Below, in pieces: positions 9,621 through 18,425 of a stretch of 34,654 nucleotides of DNA. The notes under the pieces are model-generated. The model searched no databases. It was not told the DNA's origin and saw only the letters and a program-made list of their open reading frames with translations. A program made the position numbers and the translations under genes. Position 1 is the stretch's first letter, and each line of letters starts with the position of its first letter. This DNA comes from an uncultured Methylomarinum sp. (lineage in GTDB: Bacteria > Pseudomonadota > Gammaproteobacteria > Methylococcales > Methylomonadaceae), in NCBI GenBank assembly GCA_964535875.1, contig CAZHUE010000001.1:1-34654 (forward strand), written 5' to 3'.

Positions 9621-10643
9621 ATGGATACTGATCCTGTAAAAAAAAGGGAGCATTATATTCATCGGATTTCTTACAATCGGCGTGAGCGGATGGTAGGTCT
9701 TTTCGTGTTTTCTGCTTTTGTATTATTTTTAGCACTTCTTATTATTAGTGGTCAAAGCCAACATTTATTTGAAAAGAGAGTGACTTTTTATATTGATGTC
9801 AATAGTAGCGCAGGTATTAGCGAAGGGAGTGTGGTTATGTCACAAGGTATTGAAGTTGGAACGGTGTCAGCTTTGAATGTGACTGAAGGTCGTAAAGTTA
9901 GAATAACTATTGATGTTTATGATGGGCGAAGAGAAATGATAAGATCAGATGCAAGAGCTATCGTAAACCGATTGGCAAATATTAGCAATGCATTGATTGA
10001 GATAGAGTCTGATAGTAGCGATGCGGGTGAATTACCTGATGAGGCGATAATTCCTGTTGAAGAAACTCCTTCGTTAAATGATCTATTATTGAGTTTAGCA
10101 CGGATTATTCAGTCCACTGACAATAATAATTTGTTAGCTAAAGTTGAAGCGATTTTGCCAAAGCTGGAAATATCGATAGAAAATATACACAACATTATCT
10201 CACAAATAGCAACAGGGCATGGGGTTCTGGGGGCGGCTATATTCGACCATAAAGTTGAAAAAGAGTTGAAGACTGTTGTTACATCTGGCTCTGAGATTTT
10301 ATCAGAAGCTAAAGGTATTATTAGTATAGCTAAGAAACGGCTGGTTCAGCTTGATCCATTATTAAAAGATTTAAATAAAATAACTCATGATGTTCAAGGC
10401 GCAACTCAAGATCTTCCTGCTATGGTGATAGAGCTAAATAAAATTATCAATCAAGCTAATACTGCTCTAACTTTAATCAATGATGAATTAGATAATATTC
10501 CAGGCACAACAGTTGAATTAAGACGAGCGATGACTAAGGTTGATGGATTATTAGACAGTGTTCAAAATACATGGCCACTGTCGCATGATATTAAAAAAAC
10601 ACCTCATATCCCATTAATACCAGTTCATCCAGGCCATGATTAG
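9621..10643 (+). CDS. MlaD/MCE-family substrate-binding protein with an extended C-terminal helical region
   Basis: 340 aa. It has an N-terminal TM anchor (MVGLFVFSAFVLFLALLIISG), then an MCE-like beta-barrel segment (VTFYIDVNSSAGISEGSVVMSQGIEVGTVSAL..RKVRITIDV), then a ~180 aa helical, coiled-coil-like tail. Confidence 0.8.
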   Translation: MDTDPVKKREHYIHRISYNRRERMVGLFVFSAFVLFLALLIISGQSQHLFEKRVTFYIDVNSSAGISEGSVVMSQGIEVGTVSALNVTEGRKVRITIDVYDGRREMIRSDARAIVNRLANISNALIEIESDSSDAGELPDEAIIPVEETPSLNDLLLSLARIIQSTDNNNLLAKVEAILPKLEISIENIHNIISQIATGHGVLGAAIFDHKVEKELKTVVTSGSEILSEAKGIISIAKKRLVQLDPLLKDLNKITHDVQGATQDLPAMVIELNKIINQANTALTLINDELDNIPGTTVELRRAMTKVDGLLDSVQNTWPLSHDIKKTPHIPLIPVHPGHD

Positions 10644-11598
10644 AAAGTGTTTTACTGTATATGTTTTTATATTTTGTACGACATTATCTGGTTGTGGTGG
10701 TGGAATAGCAACAACAAAAACGTTAGAAATAAAGGATGCAGAAAGTTATACAAATGATGGTTTACAAGCATATTCAGACTCAAGGTGGGATAGTGCTCAA
10801 CGGTTATTTGCTCGTGCATTATCGATTTATGAAGGAATAGATGATCAGCAAGGTGTTCTTTTAAGTCGAATTAATTTAGCCGAGGTGACATTAGCATTAC
10901 ACAATTACTCGGCTAGTCTAAGGTATCTTGATCTTGCTACTGATAATATAAAACAATCGTCACAGGTGAAGCATCAATCACGTATCACACTACTTTATGC
11001 ACGGATTGCATTGCAACAACAAAAAGCTATTCAGGCTGAAAGTACTTTACAATCTTTATTACCAGAATTTGATCAGCTTATATCTATGACTCCCTTTGAG
11101 ACAATTCACATGGCAGCGATAGCAGTTAGAACAAAAATTGCTTTTGTCCAAAAAAAAGATGAAGTACTCTGGACAAATCGCTATGCTAAGACCCTAGAGT
11201 TATCGGGGGTTCATTCTAAGGGCCTGAATTTTCGCTTGCTGCGTTTTCAGTCTGATTTACTACAGCAACAAAAAAAATATACTCAATCGGAATCTAAATT
11301 ACTTCAAGCACTTACTGGCTACAAAATGATTTTTAATCGGCCTGGTATAGCTGCAACACTTTTACAGTTGGGTCAGCTCAATATGGTGCAGGGACATTGG
11401 CAAGTAGCTAGAAATTATTTTGATAGATCAGTTTCTGTTTTTCGCTATCTTAAAGATCTTGGTAAAGTTATCCGGGTGACCGAAAACTTGATGAAAGTAG
11501 AAATGGAACTTGGTGATTTAGAAAGAGTAAAAATTATAAACCAAGTGCTTATTAATTTGAAAGCTGAATATGGTGTTAAGGAGTATAAGGGATTATAA
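10636..11598 (+). CDS. Lipoprotein with TPR-like helical repeats, last gene of the MCE-like operon
   Basis: 320 aa with a lipobox in a signal peptide (FIFCTTLSGC). Repeated helical A/L/Y-rich segments follow (WDSAQRLFARALSIYEG, HWQVARNYFDRSVSVFRYL). The start overlaps the MlaD-like stop (ATGATTAG, 10636-10643). No family recognised. Confidence 0.6.
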   Translation: MIRKCFTVYVFIFCTTLSGCGGGIATTKTLEIKDAESYTNDGLQAYSDSRWDSAQRLFARALSIYEGIDDQQGVLLSRINLAEVTLALHNYSASLRYLDLATDNIKQSSQVKHQSRITLLYARIALQQQKAIQAESTLQSLLPEFDQLISMTPFETIHMAAIAVRTKIAFVQKKDEVLWTNRYAKTLELSGVHSKGLNFRLLRFQSDLLQQQKKYTQSESKLLQALTGYKMIFNRPGIAATLLQLGQLNMVQGHWQVARNYFDRSVSVFRYLKDLGKVIRVTENLMKVEMELGDLERVKIINQVLINLKAEYGVKEYKGL

Positions 11599-11650
11599 AA
11601 CTCCCTTTTCGATGAGCAGTGGTTATAACTGATTGCATTTTTTATTATTA

Positions 11651-12601
11651 ATGATGAAAATACTTTATCCTCAAATAGAACCTTTCAACAGTTTTTATCT
11701 GCAAACGGACAGTGTTCATTTAGTGTATGTGGAGCAATCTGGAAACCCACTAGGAATCCCGGTTGTTTTTCTTCATGGCGGGCCTTGTTCAGGTACCAAA
11801 CCAGGACATAGGTGTTTTTTTAATCCCGAAAAGTATCATATTATTCTGATGGATCAACGGGGTTGTGGGCAATCGGTACCTTTTGGTAAAATAGAACATA
11901 ATACGACTCAATATTTAATTGATGATATGGAGCGAATTAGAAAACAATTGAAAATCAAGCGATGGGTTTTGTTTGGAGGGTCTTGGGGAGCAACACTTAC
12001 TTTGTTATATGCCCAGCAACATCCAGAGAAAATGTTAGCAATGATTATACGAGGTGTTTTTTTAGCAAGAAAGAAGGATTTGGACTGGTTTACTAATGAA
12101 GGGGTTGGACTTATTTACCCAGAAAAGTGGCAACAGTTAGTGGCTAGTGTACCTGATGATACAGCAGCAGATTTAGTGAAAAAGATATACAATGTTGTCT
12201 TTGGCGATGATGAATTGGCAAAAAGGCGTGCAACTAAAGCTTGGATTGAGTGGGGGGGGCAAGTCGCTTTAATGCAGGACTATCAAGAGAATGAACAACA
12301 AAGTCATGTGACAGAAAAAATGTTGCAGCAGGTACAAATGGAAATGCACTATGCTGAACATAAATATTTTATTACAGAAAATCAGATTTTAGATGGATGC
12401 GATATTTTGCAACACATCCCTACAATTATTATTCATGGGAGAAATGATTTAGTTTGTCCTATGGAGGCTGGTTTTTCATTGTCGAAATACTTAGTCAAAG
12501 CCAGGTTTGTTGTTTTACCTAGCGCAGGGCATATTGCCAGTGGAAAAGAAATGATTGATGCTTTGGTCAGTGCAACTGATGAAATTCTGCTAGAGGTTTA
12601 G
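11651..12601 (+). CDS. pip: Prolyl aminopeptidase (proline iminopeptidase, S33 alpha/beta hydrolase)
   Basis: LYPQIEPFNSFYL...GNPLGIPVVFLHGGPCSG...DQRGCGQS...VLFGGSWGATLTLLYAQQHPE is the classic Pip layout with the GxSxG nucleophile. The track ORF begins at a TTG (11633). I prefer the ATG at 11651 or 11654, which gives MMKILYPQ. The stop is unambiguous. Confidence 0.85.
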   Translation: MMKILYPQIEPFNSFYLQTDSVHLVYVEQSGNPLGIPVVFLHGGPCSGTKPGHRCFFNPEKYHIILMDQRGCGQSVPFGKIEHNTTQYLIDDMERIRKQLKIKRWVLFGGSWGATLTLLYAQQHPEKMLAMIIRGVFLARKKDLDWFTNEGVGLIYPEKWQQLVASVPDDTAADLVKKIYNVVFGDDELAKRRATKAWIEWGGQVALMQDYQENEQQSHVTEKMLQQVQMEMHYAEHKYFITENQILDGCDILQHIPTIIIHGRNDLVCPMEAGFSLSKYLVKARFVVLPSAGHIASGKEMIDALVSATDEILLEV

Positions 12602-12619
12602 TTTAAATAATTTTTATTA

Positions 12620-13183
12620 TTAATGTTTAATTTTCAGTTGTTTGAAAAAAATAAAGATAATAAATAAAAGTAATATAATGGCAATGCTAACCATGACTTT
12701 GGTAAAGGAGAAGCCTGCAATAAACATGAACTGTTTCTCAGTTACGTTGTTATTTTTGTCGTGTAATTTTAACTTGATTGCATAGATGTCTATTTTTTTT
12801 AAATCAGTACTGATAGACACAACTTGATTAGAAAAAAACTGTAGTGGGCGTTGTTGAATCACAGAAAAAGCATCTTTTTTTTGTAGCAGTAGCCCTAACC
12901 ATGAGTTGCGCTTTAACAGTTGCAATTCCACAGCCATACCACTTAAGTCATCAATGTTAGAATCAACTTTAATTATTGTCTGTCCTAGATACGGAAAATG
13001 ACGGCAATAGTGTTTATCGGGGAACTTTCCTTGAAATTGATAGCCATTTAAGCGGATATCAAATTCATCTACTGTAACAATACATTCATCGTTGCCATGA
13101 GAGCCTGCATGTGAAAATGTAGTGTCTGAAAAGAGTAAAACTGAAAATAGCACAATACAATGTGTAATTATTGATGATTTCAT
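12620..13183 (-). CDS. Hypothetical exported protein with a C-terminal membrane anchor
   Basis: 187 aa with an N-terminal signal-like segment (IVLFSVLLFSDTTFSHA) and a C-terminal hydrophobic helix (VMVSIAIILLLFIIFIFF). It lies 2 nt downstream of the protease gene on the same strand. No family recognised. Confidence 0.5.
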   Translation of the reverse strand: MKSSIITHCIVLFSVLLFSDTTFSHAGSHGNDECIVTVDEFDIRLNGYQFQGKFPDKHYCRHFPYLGQTIIKVDSNIDDLSGMAVELQLLKRNSWLGLLLQKKDAFSVIQQRPLQFFSNQVVSISTDLKKIDIYAIKLKLHDKNNNVTEKQFMFIAGFSFTKVMVSIAIILLLFIIFIFFKQLKIKH

Positions 13184-13185
13184 TT

Positions 13186-13698
13186 CTAGTATCTAAGAAT
13201 TAGTTCTTTTCCTTTTTGAGTCATTTCCAGGTGCTTCATAAAGCTCATCCCTAGCAATATTTCATCTCCTTCCATATGAGGGTTGATTGTCGCACGGATA
13301 TTATTAAGTTCTATTGCACCAATTCCAACCGAGCTTAGCCTAGTATTATAGACAGTAATTGTTCCGTTTGCAGTCCTGCTATGAGCTAGATGGCCTTTTT
13401 TAAGGTCTATTTTTTTTGCAATCGACTCGGGGATACTGATAAGTGTTGCACCTGTATCAAGTAAAAAAGTGACAGGAATTTGGTTGATTTGGCCATTAGC
13501 TAAATAATGTCCATAGCGGTTTTGCTTTAGCCGTACCTCAGCAATACCCTTATTCCATTTTGTTGAAACAGTCTGGTTTGGGTTGTTTTGTTGTTCAAGG
13601 TAATTTTTAAAGCCAAAGGTAAGTAGTGCTAAAAACATAAACCAAGCAAGATAAATCATTCCTTGCCCTATTTTTGAGTTGCTATCATTATTGTTCAT
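13186..13698 (-). CDS. Membrane-anchored retropepsin-like (clan AA, TIGR02281-type) aspartic protease
   Basis: 170 aa with an N-terminal TM helix (MIYLAWFMFLALLTFGF) and the retropepsin catalytic motif in context (FLLDTGATLISIP ... ILLGMSFM). Confidence 0.7.
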   Translation of the reverse strand: MNNNDSNSKIGQGMIYLAWFMFLALLTFGFKNYLEQQNNPNQTVSTKWNKGIAEVRLKQNRYGHYLANGQINQIPVTFLLDTGATLISIPESIAKKIDLKKGHLAHSRTANGTITVYNTRLSSVGIGAIELNNIRATINPHMEGDEILLGMSFMKHLEMTQKGKELILRY

Positions 13699-13981
13699 TA
13701 ATGACTTTTTCTTGAACTAATACCCAAGGCTTTACAACGACAGACCATACAATTGTATTTTTTTCATACCACTTTAAGGCCTGCTGATCAGTAACTGGTG
13801 CTACTTTTTTTTGTTTTAGCCATAGTGCCACCTGTGTTTTATTATCTATTGAAAATTGATAGGCAACCTCTACTAAATCAATATCTTTGGATATATATAC
13901 AGCCATGCCACTGGCAAAAAAACGTTGTAACTCATGCCATGGAATTTGAGAGGTTTCCAAGTTTATCTCTTTTTTGCTCAT
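13688..13981 (-). CDS. DUF2288-family small protein
   Basis: 97 aa. WHELQRFFASGMAVYISKDIDLVEVA...VALWLKQKKV...QQALKWYE...WSVVVKPWVLVQE matches my memory of DUF2288 (unverified). It overlaps the protease start by 11 nt. Confidence 0.55.
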   Translation of the reverse strand: MSKKEINLETSQIPWHELQRFFASGMAVYISKDIDLVEVAYQFSIDNKTQVALWLKQKKVAPVTDQQALKWYEKNTIVWSVVVKPWVLVQEKVINEQ

Positions 13982-14057
13982 TGATAGATGATCTTGTAAA
14001 ATTGAACTGTTATTCTATACCAATAATCCTAAAAAATTCTTAAAGAGGCAGAAATTA

Positions 14058-14891
14058 ATGGCATTGTTTGGCAGAAGCAGTAAAAAATCGACTTTAAAAG
14101 CATCAATTAAGCAAACGGCAAAAGCTCGTGAAAATGAGGGTGCAAAAGCAGACCAGTTTTATATTAGTGCATACCAAGGTTTTGCTGATGTAGTAAAAGG
14201 AGATTTAGTAACAGGTGAAGCACTATTTAACTGGGGTTTTGCTTTGTTGCACCAAGCTAAAACTATGAGGGAGGATAGTATTAAGCTTTATTTAGAAGCT
14301 ATTTCTAAATTTAATTTTTGTTTGTTAGTCACACCCAATCATCTAGGTGCAGCGATTGATGGGGGAGTGGCCTATATGGATTTAGCGCGTATTATGGAGA
14401 TTAGTGCTGATGATGAGCTTTATGATTTGGCAAGAGAGTTTTTTGAAAATGCAGAGCGTATTCAACGAGGAAGTGCGGCCTATAACTTCGCTTGTATTTA
14501 TGCTCTTCGTGGACAAGAAGATGCTTGTATTGAAGCATTTGAGTTATCGAAAGAATGTGGAAGTTTGCCTGATGCAGAAAATATTCTTGATGATTTAGAT
14601 CTGACTGGAGTAAAAAAGGCTCAATGGTTTGTGGATTTTATGGAAAAATTGACTGCTGAGCCTGAACCAGAAGTAATTGACGATAGTGTTGTGAAGTATG
14701 ATATAGAAGGGAATGTTATCCGTAAAAAGAAGAAAAAGCAATTTGAAAATGAAGTGGATGGAGTGGTTTATGATGTGGAAGGGAATGTGATTAGGAGAAT
14801 AGAGCCAGAAGAGCCTTCTAAAAGTAAAATATCTGATAAAACCGAAAGTTCAAATACAGAAGAAACTAAGGTAGTTCAAAAAAATGAATAA
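14058..14891 (+). CDS. Hypothetical protein, TPR-like N-terminal region, with a duplicated YD(I/V)EGNVIR motif and a K/E-rich tail
   Basis: 277 aa. Helical repeat-like segments (EALFNWGFALLHQAK, AAYNFACIYALRGQEDACIEAFE) are followed by VVKYDIEGNVIRK (14688-14726) and VVYDVEGNVIRR (14763-14798). No family recognised. Confidence 0.55.
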   Translation: MALFGRSSKKSTLKASIKQTAKARENEGAKADQFYISAYQGFADVVKGDLVTGEALFNWGFALLHQAKTMREDSIKLYLEAISKFNFCLLVTPNHLGAAIDGGVAYMDLARIMEISADDELYDLAREFFENAERIQRGSAAYNFACIYALRGQEDACIEAFELSKECGSLPDAENILDDLDLTGVKKAQWFVDFMEKLTAEPEPEVIDDSVVKYDIEGNVIRKKKKKQFENEVDGVVYDVEGNVIRRIEPEEPSKSKISDKTESSNTEETKVVQKNE

Positions 14892-15506
14892 CCAATGTCA
14901 AGGTAAGATAGTATTTTAAAAGGTTTTTATAGAAAGAGAGCTTTCTTGCTTATATTTTTAAAGAAATGATTGTTACCAAATTGAGACACTCTGGTTAATC
15001 GTCTCAGAATGGCCTCACATAGTAAAGTAAATAATTTTATTATTCAGAACCGTATTTTATGCAAGTTTCAGAGTGGCAATGTGATGAGTAAGTTGTGTTT
15101 ATAGCACTCTTAACCGCTTATAGATAAAGATCATAATATTGCGTTAAATATTATTTATTATTTAGTACATAATGAATAATGAGTTATTATTTTTCAGCAT
15201 GTTAGAGTAAAATTTATTCAGATTGATTATGGATTAAATTAAGAATAGCTTATGTCTATTACAATATATTTTGAAATAGAGGTAGACAATAGGCGTTAGG
15301 ATTTTTATCCTTCTGTCTCCAAATAGAGACAGGTTTTATAATAGAGAGTGCTTAGTATTAAGATCTATTCAGGAAGAACTGTAAATTAGAATCTTTTTTT
15401 CTTTTAGGTTGCTGATATAAGTTGAGGGTGGCAACTTGGCATAAAATATGCGTATTGGTTTTAAGTGAACAAGGTGTAAGTTTTGAATGCTTAAAATTGG
15501 TTTAAT

Positions 15507-15723
15507 CTAGTTAGTGTCTGAACGGAAATACTGAAAGCTTTACCAGTTAATCATTTCAAGGGGAAATTAATTTGAAGTTTTTTTGGAGTTAGGACTAAAA
15601 TCTCTGATATTTTGTTAGTTATGCCGATATTGAGAGTTTTTTCGAAAATCTTCAAATGAAATAAAGCGCTATACCTCCTATATGTCAATGCTTCGATGGT
15701 TTTTTCGTTCAGACACTAGTTAG
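15507..15723. mobile_element. Possible MITE-like non-coding element bounded by 22-bp imperfect terminal inverted repeats
   Basis: The left end is CTAGTTAGTGTCTGAACGGAAA (15507-15528). The right end is TTTTCGTTCAGACACTAGTTAG (15702-15723). They are reverse-complementary at 19 of 22 positions, including a perfect 13-bp core TAGTGTCTGAACG/CGTTCAGACACTA. The ~170 bp interior has no ORF. The right end abuts the stop codon of the DUF1415 gene. There is only one copy in the window, so mobility is unproven. Confidence 0.3.
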
Positions 15724-16269
15724 TTATCTTGGTTTTATATTATTTAAAATAGCCTGAATTTTTTGAAGCCCTAGTTCTCTAGTGAGCTTGATATTTCTTT
15801 CTGGAATAAGTTCTGGGTTTGGATAAGATTGCAATGCCTGTTCTAAACTAGACTCTCTAATTAAATGTAGCATTGGGTAAGGGGAGCGGTTTGTATAATT
15901 AGCAGGGTCAGATATAGCTTCTCCTTCAAAACAATAATAGGGGTGAAAGCTAGCTAATTGATAAATACCTTCATAATTTTGATCGATTAAAAGAGATTGA
16001 GCCAAGTCAAGAAAATCAAGATAATCAATAAATAAGGGAAATTGATGTGGAAAAATAATCAGGGTTGTTTCAATTTTTTGGTGAATATCTAATCTTTGAT
16101 ATTCTGTGAAAACAGCTTCCAAGCATTGATCAATTTTTTTTAACTCAACTACTGAATAATAGATACCTTTCTGTTCATAGGCTTGTCTGGCAAAAGGACA
16201 AATATTATAAGGGATGATAAAGGATGTGAGCCACTTCTTGGTTTTGTTGATTATTTTTTTTGTGGCCAT
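15724..16269 (-). CDS. DUF1415-family protein
   Basis: 181 aa. NICPFARQA...ETTLIIFPHQF..FIDYLDFLDLAQSLL...YEGIYQLASFHPYYCFEG...DPANYTNRSPYPMLHLIRE matches the conserved DUF1415 blocks as I remember them (CPFA, QxASFHPxYxF, NYTNRSPYPxLHLLRE). Confidence 0.7.
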   Translation of the reverse strand: MATKKIINKTKKWLTSFIIPYNICPFARQAYEQKGIYYSVVELKKIDQCLEAVFTEYQRLDIHQKIETTLIIFPHQFPLFIDYLDFLDLAQSLLIDQNYEGIYQLASFHPYYCFEGEAISDPANYTNRSPYPMLHLIRESSLEQALQSYPNPELIPERNIKLTRELGLQKIQAILNNIKPR

Positions 16270-16609
16270 ATGAAATAATAATTGTTGTATGAATCAAGCT
16301 TCAGGTAGGTAAGGTTTTGAATGTTTAGTTTTTCTTGTTGAATTGGGTAAAAGTGGTTGCTTTTTATCTGAACAGTTCATTAATACACAATGAGACTCTT
16401 CTTTTGAATTCATATTAAATTCATTGGAAAAATTGTTTAATAGTAAAGAATTTATTTTTTATTATAAAACTCTTTCCTTAAAGTTTGGTCGAATTAATTG
16501 ACATTAAGTGGAAGTCGAATTAACTGGAGGGTTCTCTAGGCATATAAATGGTAATTAAGATAAGATAATGAAGTTATTAACTCGCTTTAGAGTCATTTCT
16601 TTAGCTTAA

Positions 16610-17293
<684 letters not shown>

Positions 17294-17332
17294 TGTCATT
17301 TAGATATAAAATTATTGTTAGAGGAAAAATGA

Positions 17333-18355
17333 GTGTCTAAAACTTATGATGTGGCCGTTGTAGGCGCAACTGGAGCAGTTGGCGAAGCAATGTTGTCAAT
17401 TTTGGAAGAACGTGATTTTCCAGTAGGTGAGGTCTATGCTTTGGCAAGTAGTCGCTCAGTTGGAAAACGGATTCCTTTTAAAGGGAAGAATTTAGTTGTT
17501 AAAGACCTTGCTGAATTTGATTTTTCTAAAGTTCAAATCGGATTGTTTTCAGCGGGTGCATCGATATCAAAGGAATATGCACCTAAAGCAGCTGCCGCTA
17601 ATTGTGTAGTCATCGATAATACATCAGAATTTAGGTATGACAACGATATCCCTTTGGTTGTACCTGAGGTTAATCCTGAAAAAATTGCAGATTATAAAGT
17701 GCGTGGAATTATTGCAAACCCAAATTGTTCTACGATCCAGATGCTGGTTGCATTAAAACCTATCTACGATGCTGTAGGTATAGAACGTATTAACGTCTGT
17801 ACCTATCAAGCAGTTTCTGGAACAGGAAAAGAGGCAATAGAAGAGGTTGTTTCTCAAACCGCCAAATTATTAAATGGGAAGCCCATTACTCCAGAAGTCT
17901 ATCCTAAACAAATTGCATTTAATGTATTGCCACAAATAGATGTTTTTATGGATAACGGATATACCAAAGAAGAAATGAAAATGGTATGGGAAACAAAAAA
18001 AATATTTTCTGATGAGTCTATTAAGGTTAACCCAACGGCTGTACGTGTCCCTGTTTTTTATGGGCATTCTGAAGCTGTACATATAGAAACACATAAAAAA
18101 ATTGATGTAAAAGCAGTTCGGGAATTATTGGGGAATGCGCAAGGTATCACAGTATTGGATGAACGTGTTGATGGTGGTTATCCAACTGCAGTGACTGAAT
18201 CATCTGGGAATGATGATGTTTTTGTCGGGCGTATTAGAGAAGATATTTCACACCCTAAAGGCATTGATTTGTGGGTGGTAGGTGATAATGTACGTAAAGG
18301 TGCTGCTTTAAATAGTATTCAAATAGCTGAAGAGCTGGTAAAAAAATACATCTAG
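17333..18355 (+). CDS. asd: Aspartate-semialdehyde dehydrogenase
   Basis: VAVVGATGAVG...IANPNCSTIQM (active-site Cys)...QAVSGTG...VRVPVFYGHS are canonical Asd motifs. GTG start at 17333, preceded by AGAGGA. Confidence 0.92.
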   Translation: MSKTYDVAVVGATGAVGEAMLSILEERDFPVGEVYALASSRSVGKRIPFKGKNLVVKDLAEFDFSKVQIGLFSAGASISKEYAPKAAAANCVVIDNTSEFRYDNDIPLVVPEVNPEKIADYKVRGIIANPNCSTIQMLVALKPIYDAVGIERINVCTYQAVSGTGKEAIEEVVSQTAKLLNGKPITPEVYPKQIAFNVLPQIDVFMDNGYTKEEMKMVWETKKIFSDESIKVNPTAVRVPVFYGHSEAVHIETHKKIDVKAVRELLGNAQGITVLDERVDGGYPTAVTESSGNDDVFVGRIREDISHPKGIDLWVVGDNVRKGAALNSIQIAEELVKKYI

Positions 18356-18425
18356 TCTAAGATTAAACATAAATATGATTCAATTTGGTATAACACTGTG
18401 GTAAAAAATTGTAAAGGAGAAACTT

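Noticed and set aside
11633-11650. TTG-initiated N-terminal extension (MHFLLL) of pip in the ORF track. Comparable upstream extensions exist for flhG (30566) and cheY (32224).
   Set aside because: In-frame ATG codons further downstream give N-termini that match the conserved starts of these families. The extensions add non-conserved residues.
15623-15630. GCCGATAT, resembling the sigma-28 -10 element GCCGATAA
   Set aside because: No TAAA-type -35 element lies at the required ~15-nt spacing (the sequence there is CTGA). It sits inside the candidate MITE, and no gene lies downstream on that strand.
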